A stretch of 62,032 bases of DNA, the filler included, from Sphacelaria rigidula (lineage: Eukaryota): NCBI GenBank assembly GCA_964200075.2. It is 8 parts of 8 records of this genome, joined end to end, with 100 filler letters (N's around TTAATTAATTAA, not from the genome) between each part and the next. Parts side by side here need not be neighbours in the genome. Positions count along the whole stretch, not along the records: positions 46,602 to 54,267 come from CAXNAA020013869.1; positions 54,368 to 62,032 come from CAXNAA020013870.1; 6 more parts are not named here. One strand, given 5' to 3'. Numbering within the stretch: position 1 is the stretch's first letter; the number at the start of each line of letters is the position of its first letter. The notes under the pieces are model-generated. The model saw only the letters and a program-made list of their open reading frames with translations, searched no databases and was not told where the DNA came from. The translations under genes and the position numbers were made by a program. Shown in pieces: positions 51,717-62,032 of the stretch.

Positions 51717-52192
51717 TGAACTCGAATTCTAGAACATAAATTGAAAGTTACCCTACCAGCACCGGGCAGGTGTCGCGATATGTGACATCGTTACAGTCCC
51801 GAAGTACAGTATTTCACTTCTTGATATACAAACCATACCGGAGAGTTATTAGGGCTCTAGAAATCTTGCCGAACCATACCAGAATGTTTGGCTCATATTC
51901 CGGTGAAAGGTTAAGGTTTGGTATAGCCTTTGTGCAGAACACAAACTACCTCCAGCTATAAAAAAAAAATCGGGTTTTCGCACCATGCGCTTACGTGTAT
52001 GAGATGGCACCCCCTACCTGACACTTACTCCTGGAGACGGATATCTTCAAGAGCGGGCACTGCGCGCAGCCGGGCGGGCTTACTGTTTGCACATCCAGGT
52101 ACGTATATCCTCTTCAGCGGTCCAACCCCCGACATGAATTTCGGCGTTTTACTACAGCGACAATTTCCAGAACATCGTTTGGTTTGAGTTAA

Positions 52193-52331
52193 CCCTCTGG
52201 GAACTCAAGTGCTGATTCTTGTTTTGTGAATCTTTGTGAATCGGCATCATTTTGACTTGAAAATGAATGAAAATGATGCCGATTCACCAACACAAAAATC
52301 AGCACTCCCTGGAGGTCTAGTTCCCAAAGGG
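52193..52331. mobile_element. 139-bp piggyBac-type MITE with TTAA TSD
   Basis: TTAA|CCCTCTGGGAACT ... AGTTCCCAAAGGG|TTAA; internal inverted GTGAATCGGCATCATTTT; related to ~15705-15800 and 16690-16856. Confidence 0.85.
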
Positions 52332-52417
52332 TTAAACCGCCGCGGGGTGTTGCGGAGTGATGCCGCAGAAAAGTGCGCTCTGAGCAGGCGGAAATCTTTA
52401 ATCTTTACGTGCATCAA

Positions 52418-52575
52418 AATGGCAAACTCCGAGTACATCGAGCAGCTGGGAATTCCCACGCTTGGGATCATCATTGCCAGTGAATAATCAGTGTCCCCCA
52501 TATATGGCGCTTCATGCAGGGTAAAACCAGCCGGCGCTGTATGGCTATATTCTTCGTGACACTTTTGAGGCTAGT
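52418..52575 (+). repeat. Dispersed repeat, second copy at ~61818-61972
   Basis: Shared CGAGCAGCTGGGAA(T/C)TCCCACGCTTGGG...GGCGCTT(C/T)ATGCAG...CTTCGTGACA. Confidence 0.7.
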
Positions 52576-52786
52576 TTCTGAGGGGGCTATCGCACCACAC
52601 TCTGCGGCGGATTTGTTAGAGCCGTTATTACGGGCTTTGTTTTTCATCCGTTGTCATCCATGAATAATGGATGTAATGGATGAAGAATAAAGGTTGTCTG
52701 TCTACGAGTATGACCGCCCTTATTCACGCTCATATTTCATTTCACCGTCAACCACGATGGGTAGACTTCATCTGTATTTTTACATT

Positions 52787-53185
52787 CATATGCGACCATT
52801 CGGTTCCTGGTTGAAAATCCTATATTATCGTGATTTCCATCCTCTGGAGGGCAAATGGCTCTCCTTTTGGATGAAATACCATCATCATATGGTGATTCAT
52901 GATGCCTCTGGGGTGGACAGTAGTAAACGAAGCCGCCAGAGGGCACATGATTCCCTCGGGCACATAATTTTACTGAGGATGCCTCTGGGGAAATTCGGGG
53001 AAACAACACTCTCCAGGGTGTAAAATTTACCTCTGGAGCTCGCACATCAAACCTCTGGACGACACTTGAACCACCAGATAATATGGTATTTCATGGTCCG
53101 AAGCAGTCCGGAGGGCCATTTTCCCCTCCAGAGGATGGGAATCACGATGGAGGATTTTCAAGCAGGAGCCGAATGGCCGCGTGTG
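52787..53185. mobile_element. MITE family M1 with 2-bp TSD (TT)
   Basis: TT|CATATGCGACCATTCGGTTCCTGGTTGAAAATCC ... GGATTTTCAAGCAGGAGCCGAATGGCCGCGTGTG|TT. Confidence 0.8.
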
Positions 53186-53764
53186 TTGTGGCAATGACCT
53201 TGTTCGCGCTGCGTGCTGGTACCGCCGCCGGCTGTCGGGTAACGAAGATGCTACCTGAGACGCTACTTATCAAACTAGGAGAATGTCTACGATAGTGACG
53301 GGTGCAAAGGAATGTTGAAAACATTCGGCTATTTGCAACGGCAGAGACGCATGAAGCCTTTTTTCCCTCCCATCTTTTTTGCTTTGTTTTCTCGAGCCGT
53401 CGTGACCATCCATCATTTTTCAGATGAACAAGAAAATATACCCGAATATACACATCATGTACACATGTATTGTACAATAACTATCACAGGTCTCATCATA
53501 TTTCCACACACCATGGTCTCGAGGGAAGGTGTGCTTGGATATATAATATTATGGAGGGCAACAGGTTCACACCACAGCGAAAAATCGAGAAGATATCCAT
53601 TTCCCCCTGCCTTCCAGTACGAAAAATTTAGTTCCTACTCTTTCTGCCCAAGCACCATCCGTTCAAGCTGCGTGTCTCGATTGCTCGCAGGTACATACTG
53701 GTACCGAGACCACCTGCGTTGTACATTTGTGTTTTAGTTGTGAGCAGTGCTACGTACGGTAGAG

Positions 53765-54100
53765 GTGAACATTTTAGGCCAAAAGTTGTCTGAGATTGAA
53801 CTCGTGGGCCCAGATATTTCTCATTGACGGGTCCCTAAAATGAAGAGCCTGAGGAAGTGTTTGTGCAACCCTACAAACACCGTGGCACCACTTAACAAAT
53901 AATCTGAACAGGTGACCGGTATCTGCAGAACGCTATAATTTACGAACCAGTCATACCCTTCGTGCACGAGTTGTTAGTCGTGCATGTTTTGGCCTAGAGG
54001 CGTGTGAGGTTGCACGCTTGGGCCCAAATATTCCTCATTGAGGGGCTCCTGAAGTAAATATTCCAAGGCAGTGTGTGTGCAGCCCTACCGTGGCATCGCT
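53765..54100. repeat. Diverged ~120-bp direct repeat pair (53765-53890 and 53980-54100)
   Basis: TGGGCCCA.ATATT.CTCATTGA.GGG and CCCTAC...CCGTGGCA shared. Confidence 0.6.
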
Positions 54101-54210
54101 TTTGCGGTCGCGGAGAGGCACTCGCCGGGTGTTCGTCTTATCGTGTCTGAGGAGTTTGATGAGGGTTTACTCGTGGTCTTGCATATCGCAGTCATATGAC
54201 CATTGTTATT

Positions 54211-54267
54211 GGGTGTACCCATGATCATGCATGCCATAGTCATAAGACCATTGACCTCGCATCCCTA
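54211..54267 (-). mobile_element. LINE 3' terminus (subfamily B), cut by the scaffold end
   Basis: Matches 15363-15435 and 30879-30969; C tail is only 3 nt. Confidence 0.75.
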
Positions 54268-54367
54268 NNNNNNNNNNNNNNNNNNNNNNNNNNNNNNNNN
54301 NNNNNNNNNNNTTAATTAATTAANNNNNNNNNNNNNNNNNNNNNNNNNNNNNNNNNNNNNNNNNNNN
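54268..54367. other. Artificial scaffold spacer
   Basis: N44-TTAATTAATTAA-N44. Confidence 0.99.
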
Positions 54368-54390
54368 CCCTCCCCGCCCCCCCTCCCACC

Positions 54391-54426
54391 TAGGCAAGCA
54401 ACACATGAGAACCCCCCCCCCCCCCC
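54391..54426 (+). mobile_element. Ultra-short LINE subfamily A 3' end between two C-tracts
   Basis: C-rich 54368-54390, then TAGGCAAGCAACACATGAGAA, then a C-run. Confidence 0.55.
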
Positions 54427-54791
54427 TACCATCTACTGTTTCGTTGCATCGGATTTTTAACCCCTTACTGGGCTTACAGCGTCTAGCAGCCAAATTCGGA
54501 ACATCTTGACTTCTGAGGTCTCAGCGTATAATGTTTTCTTTCTGTGCTTATCTCATGGACTAGACGCGTCTGGAGACCCGTCTGGGTTTTCATACAACAC
54601 TTGACAAAGTTGATCACAACGCCGACGACACAGAGGGGGTTCTGTTTCCGAAACTACACCACTAGTGAGATATTCACACTGGAACAAATAGTCGCTGAGA
54701 AAAAACGCAACGGATTCCGATAGCATCCAGTTGTACTGGTATTTAGTCGCTGTCGGGGGTGCTGCTGTGCTGAAAAGAGCACGTCTCTCAC

Positions 54792-56661
54792 CCGTCATCG
54801 TCGCCTGTATTTGTGTTTTGCTCTACTGAAGTCTCGCTTCGCGCAGTGCCCTCGGCGGGGCTCGTGGGTGCTGGCGTGTCATCTCCCAAATCAGTCTCGC
54901 TCATCGTTATCGCCGCAGTAGGTGATGGCCTGAGCGACAAAAGCACGGGCGATAAGTGTTATCCTCAAATGCAGCAAATGTTAACAGCAGCAAACACCAA
55001 CAGGCCGTCTATCGGGCCGGGGGCGGGGCCGGGGGCGGGAGCGGGGGGAACCACAACATTCGGCTTCATGCTTAAAATGCATTCTCGTAGTTTTCGGGCG
55101 ATTTTTCAGCGCTGACGGTGTATTTTCACCTGGATATGTCACTTTTTGCTACAGGGACGACGAAGCTACTGGTAGGAATCGGATCTATGTATTTCGTATA
55201 GCCTACACCATCTCGCTGTGCTGCAGAGCATCTATGTTAACCCGCGTAGAAAGTTCGCAAGCATAGAATCGGCGTACCCCCCCCCACCGTCCGCGCCCGT
55301 TGAAATAAATTGGCTCGAAGGGCATCATCTACTCAGATACCTGCATAGACTGGTAGAGAGTCATCTCCGAGGCGCGTGTTCGAGTGCGTACTCCTGGGGG
55401 GAGGCTTGACACAATTTCCACGTACTTCAGTCACTCTACAGTAGAATTCGTGCGTAGGGGGTGGTATTTTGTGTTTGTGGTGGTTACGGTCAGTTTGCGA
55501 CATATTTCCGGTTGATCTAGCTTGATTTCATGTTCCGAGAACATCCTTCGCCACGTCACCTTTTCTTCGCCTTCACTTGTGGGTGGATCACTGTACTGTT
55601 CTCGTATGCTATGTTTTCCCTCCTCTAGCCTCCTTTTCCCCTGTCCTCTTTTCCGTCGTGGGGGCTCACGATTAACACCATCCATTCTTTCTACCTCTGG
55701 TCGGCTGTCCACCGTCTCAATCTCCGATCAACCGTCTAGGCCGTGGCGGTGCGCTTGGTACGTGGGGCTACAGATCCACTCACGCTGCAGGTACTTGTGT
55801 CATTCACGTGCTTTCTCGAAATGCGTGGCTCATTCATCACCGTACCGTTGCTGCTTGGTCTGTCTCGACGTAAACGGCAACATGTGTTGCTGTCACCAAG
55901 GTATGACAAGCTGAGTGTCCGGTCGTGCTTATGTGACGTCCGATCAGCGCACTGGAAACTACATTACCTGCACAGCTCAGGCCGCTTCCTGTGCTACAGA
56001 TCAAATAAATATCTCCAAAAAATATCCATTTTGGCGAGGCGATTCAGCTCTGATTTCCCGCGGAACACGAGGCTTGGCGGATTGTTGTCTCACCTCGGAA
56101 ATATTTGCTGCAACCCCCGACAGGGCTCTAGGACACGCTTCGGACGCCTTTCGTGTGCCAAGTTTGAACTATTGCCGAACTAACGACTGCTCTAGCAGCC
56201 CCCAAGACACGTGTTTGTGTACTCTGGGAGAGCTCGAAAGTAGTCCGACCAAAGTCAAAACGGCTGTACGAAAGATCCGGAGGGCGCGCTGGAATCCTAC
56301 CGAGGAGTATAGCATATCTTTGCGACGTGGCACGATCCGTCAATCCGCGTATTACGGCGAAAATTGGAGCTGAATCGCCAAGTCATGTGCCGGTCGAAGG
56401 GAGTTTTTGCGTACACATAAAAAGCGGCCTCACAAGTGGTGGACTAAACTCGCGCTCCAGGGTGGAACCCGCGCGTTGGGTCAACCATGTAGAGCTACAG
56501 CAGGAGATTCCATTCTACATGCACCGAACAGCACATCAGTATTATCATGGTGAGCGGTCTCGAGGTCGCTGTTAACGCACGAACGCAACCCTCATATGCA
56601 CTATGGCAACTACAATGGGCGCACACAAGTTTCCAAACTTCACGTGAAAATACCACATGTA

Positions 56662-56720
<59 letters not shown>

Positions 56721-59266
56721 CGAAACTCCTTCCCACCATCATACTTTCTTCGTGTTTCTTCTAGTTTTTCTGCTTCTCAGATTAGTCAGCGTTCGTCTCC
56801 TCGTGTATATTGCATTTACGCTTCCTCCTTTTCTCTCGTGTGTCCATCTAAGAGCATCTCCGTTTTTTTTTTAACCACAGGTACATACGTGTGTGTTACG
56901 GCCCCGGCTGGATCCTCGGGAGATAACTTGATCACGTCATGCTAATGTGAGATCATCGATGTATCGATCCATCAATCCACCGAGGATCAATCGATCCATC
57001 AATCCACCGAGGATCAACGTCCACAAAGCAAACAAGGCAGGTCCATCGCAATCGTGCATGGTGTTTGCCCTCGAGTGGAACGTGTGGATACATGTAAACC
57101 AAGCATAATCCACTGCCGTCCTCGACAGTCCTGTACTGAAGTGACTCTGTGTTGGAATGCTGCGCGTGAAGAATGAGTGTTTCCTGCTACTTGGCTGCTT
57201 TCCGCCGAAAAATGATCCATTGGACACCCATGAAGACTTGAAGACGGGTCAGCCAGTTGTTCTGTACTATGTTATCACAGAATAGAGGGTACTAGCCGGC
57301 CGCCTTGCAACTATCCTCTGTTCCAGTTGCCTCAGACGATTGGTGAATCATGTTGTTATTGTTTTTCGTACAAAGCACTCCATACGGCGCAGTCAACATA
57401 CTGTACGTACACACGATCACACCACATCGCACACGACACTCACGTCAAATCAGCAGCAGCCGGAGCCTCAGTCTCGATCGAACCACGATTAGTCGAAGCA
57501 ACCGGCGCATCAGTTGGCCTCGCCAGAGGAACGGGGGTAGTACTAATCACCTCAGCTGTGGGGGCCACAGTTGGCACGGGTGTCGGAAACACCGGAGCAG
57601 ACGTTGGAATGGGTGCCGCAGTGGGAGCTGGCGTGGGCTCTACAGGTGCTTGAGTAGGCAGAGGAGCCGCCGTGGGAGCCGGCGTTGGTTCCATGGGAGC
57701 AGGGGTGGGAAAAGGTGCGGCTGTCGGGGCGATTGTGGGAGCCGGGGTCGGGGCGTCTGTGCAGTCTCGCACAGAGACGTTGAAAATGTCGAAATCGAAG
57801 AAGTTCACCTGTGCATCAGGAGGAATAATAGCTTGTGGTTGGAAATTTTCGTTTTTGCGTTGTGGAGAGTCCTCGCACACGCTACATCGTGACGTGACCA
57901 CCTTTCGTGGGGTCAATGTAAATACACCAAAATAATAGCCAAAGGGAGCTCCAGAAGGGCGGCGGGGGGAGGGGGGGCATACTCATTTGTTGCTTGCCTT
58001 AGTCGTTTGACCATTGACCACGCATCCCTTTCGAGATAGAGCGCCGTTCCCTACTCCTAATAGAGACACCTCCAACATTTAGGTGCTCATTACACTTCTT
58101 CCATACATCACATCACACAAAAAGCTTCTACATATCTTATCCCCGTCCTATTTCGCCGTCTTGGCCACCATCTATCTCCTAGTATAGCCATCGTTTTCTC
58201 CCTACTGTCTAATGCATCAAACAATTTCATGCTATCTTCAATTACGTCCCGCATTTCCCCCTCTAGCACGTCGCGTTCCTCCGTGTATAGTTCACACTCT
58301 GCCACTATTAATAGGGCGGAGGGGGGTGCGTATACTCATGATCATGCATGCCATAGTCGGGCGGGGGGGTGATGGGAGATGAAAAAGGAAAAAGGAGAAA
58401 ACAGGCGAGGTCACGTGACACAGAGCATGAGGCTAAGAACTGCTGCCGGTTCCGAGCAAACGTCCTCGACAGACCTTCCGCAGGGTGCGAGGTGAGGAAG
58501 TTGTACAAGAAGCAAACGATGTAAAAGTAGATTGTCAGATATTCGGAGACCGCTATATTTGGCAGGAACTGGAGAGCACGAGACGCTAATGTCGAACTTC
58601 TGGTCTAGTGTGTTTTTCACAAGATGAACTTGAGACGCTGTGCAATACTAGATGAGGGCGATTGGACTAGAAAACGTATACCCTTGGATATTTGGATCCC
58701 CAGAAGGTACTAATCATTACCAATCACCCGAGATTGGAACAACTCGCCACACATTCTGATTTTGCTTGGAATCCTTGACGCATTTCAACCGTGGGTATTT
58801 GTTGCACTCGTGCCTTGAAGCAACAAGCGGAGAAAGCACATACTCTCGCTTCGAATGCCTGATGAAACCCGCCATACTCGAATCAGGCCGAATTCACACA
58901 ACGTGGACCCGATGTGGTATTTCGCTCTTCTTTAAATACCATTTGCTGGACTGATTTTTCATTTTTTCAAGTACCTTACGTACTCCGAGCGCGCGGCTAC
59001 TCAACGCACAGCAGAACCAGCCATGGCAGCGGTAAAAACCGACTCCTTCCCATCGTATTCGCCGTTCTCAAACAAATACACCAGCGACAAAACCCGACAT
59101 ATTATTTGGGAGATTACTGTCAGGTCTGTCCGCGCCAGGCGCCATCCATGTTGGACACAGAACTTGTCGGCGTTTTCGGTAGAAAGACAAAGATGGGACG
59201 CTTTCGTGCCCTCATTTCGCGGTTCTTCCACCCGCAGCTACTTTTGGGAAACGAGCGCTCATTTAG

Positions 59267-59347
<81 letters not shown>

Positions 59348-61313
59348 CCCCCCTTTATCGAGAATCGTTGGAGGGAGGGAGAGACCGTGCGCGTGTTCTA
59401 CTCGAGAGCGTGTCCATCGTGACGAGACTCGGGCTGCGTTACATACTGCTTGACTGCTTGGCTGCTGAGCTAATCAGCCAGCGCTGGCTGGTTTGCTCAG
59501 CAGTCAACCGGTCGCTAACAAGAGTCAAGTTCGGTGGGTTCGTCGTATTATCCCGAGTGGTCGCACGCCCGGGCTGCCGTTCCTGTAGCGAACGCTCATA
59601 ACGTCAACCAGTCGACCGCAACTCTCCGTGACGTCGAAGCTCTCGAGACTTCCGACCGCATCCTAGGTGCTCACAAGTCAAAAAGTATCTCCACTTTCAC
59701 TTGCACGGGGGTTCTAACCCCAAACCTGCCTTTTCTTACTGTAGATACTGCTTGACTGCTTGACTGCTGAGCTAATCGACCAGCGCTAGCTGATGAACTC
59801 AGCAGTCAACCAGTATCTAACAGGCTGCACCGTGTACCTTTGGTTCATACGACACGTGTTGGTTGATGAAAACTTGATAACGTGTACTCCTATCAATGCT
59901 GGCTGACGTAGTTTTCGCTTACTGCGATAATATACTGCGGCGCAGCACAGGCACTAGTAGTCACAGTACCGACCATGCAGTCATGAGTCCGTGTACGCTC
60001 CACTGTTACGGCTACCGAAGCACCGAAGATGACGGAGCACAGAACCCCCCGCGAGAGCGTGTAATATCTTTCTTCCCCTGACCACGACGTCGACTTGTAT
60101 CATGAAATGATTAGAGCAAAATCATACTTATTTCATGAATGAGGGAACCATATAAAGACATCCCACATCCCAATACTGGTACTTGCCACGAGAAACACGA
60201 TCTCGACTACAACATGCGTTCCGTCTCGAGAGAGAGAGAGAGAGAGTTGCTAGGCGATACTATATCCGACACGAAATGTCCATTTATTCTTACCAGCATA
60301 ATTACTGGTGAAAGAGTCGCGAAAGTAGCGCACAAAACCGTCACATACTCGCACCGAAAACGCCTACAAGTTCTGTGTCCAACATGCTTTGGCGCCGAGC
60401 GTGGGCAGAGTCGGAAGCATTTCCCCGAAACGATACGTCCGGCTAAGTGGTTGATATATTCCTTTGTGAATGGCGAACACGAGGGTAACAAATCAATTCT
60501 GCGGCGGCTATGGTCAATTCTGCTGCGCGTTGAGTGGCGACGCGCTCTCAGCAATTGAGGTACTTGAAGAGATGACATGAATATCCAGATAAGGTGGAAC
60601 AATGAGCACTTGTTAGGGTAAGCGTGAACCTTCCGGGAATTTTGCCTAACTAGCATGCGGCGGATTTTGGTGGACGATCGCTCTTTTGCTCATGGCCATC
60701 GTCATACGACATAAGGTGAGGAAGTGAATTTTCCCCCGTTGTTTTTCACGGCAGGAGAGCAGGATACATCCACAAACTCATGTACTTCGAGAATTTGGGG
60801 CGGAGAACGTAAGTGTATTTGCGGCGTGTTGTACCAATTCCATGGGATTGTTGGTCATGAGTAACACCTGCTTAGGGGAAAATGAATAAATACATACATT
60901 CCCTATAGCCCATTATTGCCTGTAGATGATTGTACATGTGCGCTGGTCGAGTCGAATTGAACCCTTGTCTGAGGGGTGTTCTACGACGTGCACATCTCCT
61001 CTGAACAGCACGGCAAAGCGACGCAGGTACTGTTGCGAAGCACCCCATCGATAGTCAGGTATATGTTGACAAAATGGATGCGAGGCGCGCGACGATCAGG
61101 GTTGCCTGGTTGGTTCACGTTTCACATACCTCGAGGTCCTTATGTCCCGCAGCGAGAGTCGTTGTGACGCAGCAGGGGCATGTGGTCCACTTGGGCTTGT
61201 TCATCTCGGTGGCATTTGTGGCGGCCATGTATATTTCTTCGTTCAAGTAGCACGTTCGACAGGCCGCGATGCCTTGCGTGTAGCACCCTTCGAACCCTCC
61301 GGCCACACAGTCC
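54792..61313 (-). CDS. Three internal exons of a probable extracellular protein: Cys-rich domain plus Pro/Thr-rich (PTPAP) stalk
   Basis: Exons 61313-61130 (DCVAGGFEGCYTQGIAACRTCY...WTTCPCCV...DLE), 57808-57444 (VNFFDFDIF...DCTDAPTPAPT...ADL), 54929-54792 (TPSPTAA...GDDDG); CAG/GT boundaries with compatible phases 0 and 2. Confidence 0.85.
56663..56715. repeat. (CA)n microsatellite
   Basis: Dinucleotide run. Confidence 0.95.
57961..58369 (-). mobile_element. LINE subfamily A 3' fragment (~58308-57961) directly downstream of a tiny subfamily B end (58358-58321)
   Basis: IVAECELYTEERDVLEGEMR...AILGDRWWP followed by ...CTAAGGCAAGCAACAAATGAGTATG-CCCCCCCTCCCCCC; the B fragment has C-runs on both sides. 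Confidence 0.8.
59269..59345. repeat. Compound (CT)n(CA)n microsatellite
   Basis: Adjacent dinucleotide runs. Confidence 0.95.
59437..59822. mobile_element. 386-bp TRIM-like element: two ~84-bp terminal direct repeats with 5-bp TSD
   Basis: GGCTG|CGTTACATACTG...CTAACA (59437-59520), internal ~220 bp, TGTAGATACTG...TATCTAACA (59740-59822)|GGCTG. Confidence 0.8.
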
Positions 61314-61974
61314 CTGTTTTTCGCGAAAACGGATGTTGATGGATCATCGTCAATTTTGAGGTCGAACCATATCAGTAAAGCATGCAGTGCATACTTCGAA
61401 GTCCATCGAGCAGTGGGAGTGGAGGATCATCATCAAAGAAATAATCTTTATGGACAGGACGTCGTCGATACATCGAAAAGGAGGGGCGGATATTCATCAT
61501 CCAACCTTTTTGCGGTGTAAACCTTAACCAACACAACACGAACAAGAAAGAGCCGACCGAGCATTGATTTGGTGTAGATGGAAGAATTTAGGCGAAAAAA
61601 TGAGGTACGCGGGAAGAAGGCACGCACGTTCGGTAAGAGGACATTATAGCGAGTGTCTACTTGGTCTAGGGGTGTATCCAATCTTTTCGTTTCGCTCCGA
61701 TTTTGTGCCATCAATTTTGTCATCGGAGGTGATCCCTTACGTTCAGTCGAAAGTGGTGCCGCGGTTGCCCCCCTCAGACAAGTGGCTGCCTTGAGGAGGC
61801 AAAATTTACATGCGAATCAAAATGACAAAAGCTGAGCACACCGAGCAGCTGGGAACTCCCACGCTTGGGGCTGTTGTCACCGATGTCGCCCACACGAGGC
61901 GCTTTATGCAGTCTGGGACCAGCTGCGTATCTTGTGCTGTGTGGCCGTTGCTTCGTGACAGTTTTGGGGCTGAT

Positions 61975-62032
61975 GGGGGGGGGCGTACTCATTTGTTGCT
62001 TGCCTTAGTCATTTGACCATTGACCACGCATC
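61975..62032 (-). mobile_element. LINE 3' terminus with poly(C) tail (subfamily A), cut by the window end
   Basis: Minus strand GATGCGTGGTCAATGGTCAAATGACTAAGGCAAGCAACAAATGAGTACG-CCCCCCCCC. Confidence 0.8.

Larger units (their letters stand above)
58700..60870. repeat. Two diverged inverted copies (58700-59260 and 60275-60870) of a decayed coding sequence, intronic
   Basis: Shared CATGTTGGACACAGAACTTGT.GGCGTTTTCGGT; shared peptides TENA.KFCVQH, F.NGE..G..S, RYLK, RVVPI. Confidence 0.65.

Noticed and set aside
57440-57442. Stop codon ending the Pro/Thr-rich protein
   Set aside because: The TGA lies within a GTGAGT donor, and a phase-compatible exon follows at 54929-54792.

Overview
This window is not one locus. 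It is eight unrelated ~7.67-kb scaffolds (1-7668, 7769-15435, 15536-23202, 23303-30969, 31070-38735, 38836-46501, 46602-54267, 54368-62032) joined by identical artificial 100-bp spacers (N44-TTAATTAATTAA-N44), apparently sorted by length. The DNA is eukaryotic and repeat-rich, with short exons and long introns. Plastid-type genes, (CCCTAA)n tracts and the TE content suggest a brown alga or related photosynthetic stramenopile (inference). Most supplied ORFs are spurious. By reading splice sites and exon phases I reconstructed four partial genes, all on the minus strand: a carotenoid cleavage oxygenase (4 exons, one GC-AG intron), a PAP/fibrillin last exon, a Cys-rich plus Pro/Thr-stalk protein (3 exons) and an unknown protein (5 exons). 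The rest is mostly mobile DNA: two decayed chromodomain Ty3/Gypsy copies with nested insertions, an internally deleted pogo-like element, an intron-containing Sola2-like transposase remnant and several MITE families. The most unusual signals are (1) a LINE family whose 3' ends carry poly(C) tails and often sit inside C-tracts, (2) a six-unit TTAA-linked array of ~100-bp piggyBac-type MITEs, and (3) a TRIM-like element whose terminal repeats are themselves hairpins. All family assignments come from motif recognition by eye; no database searches were run.
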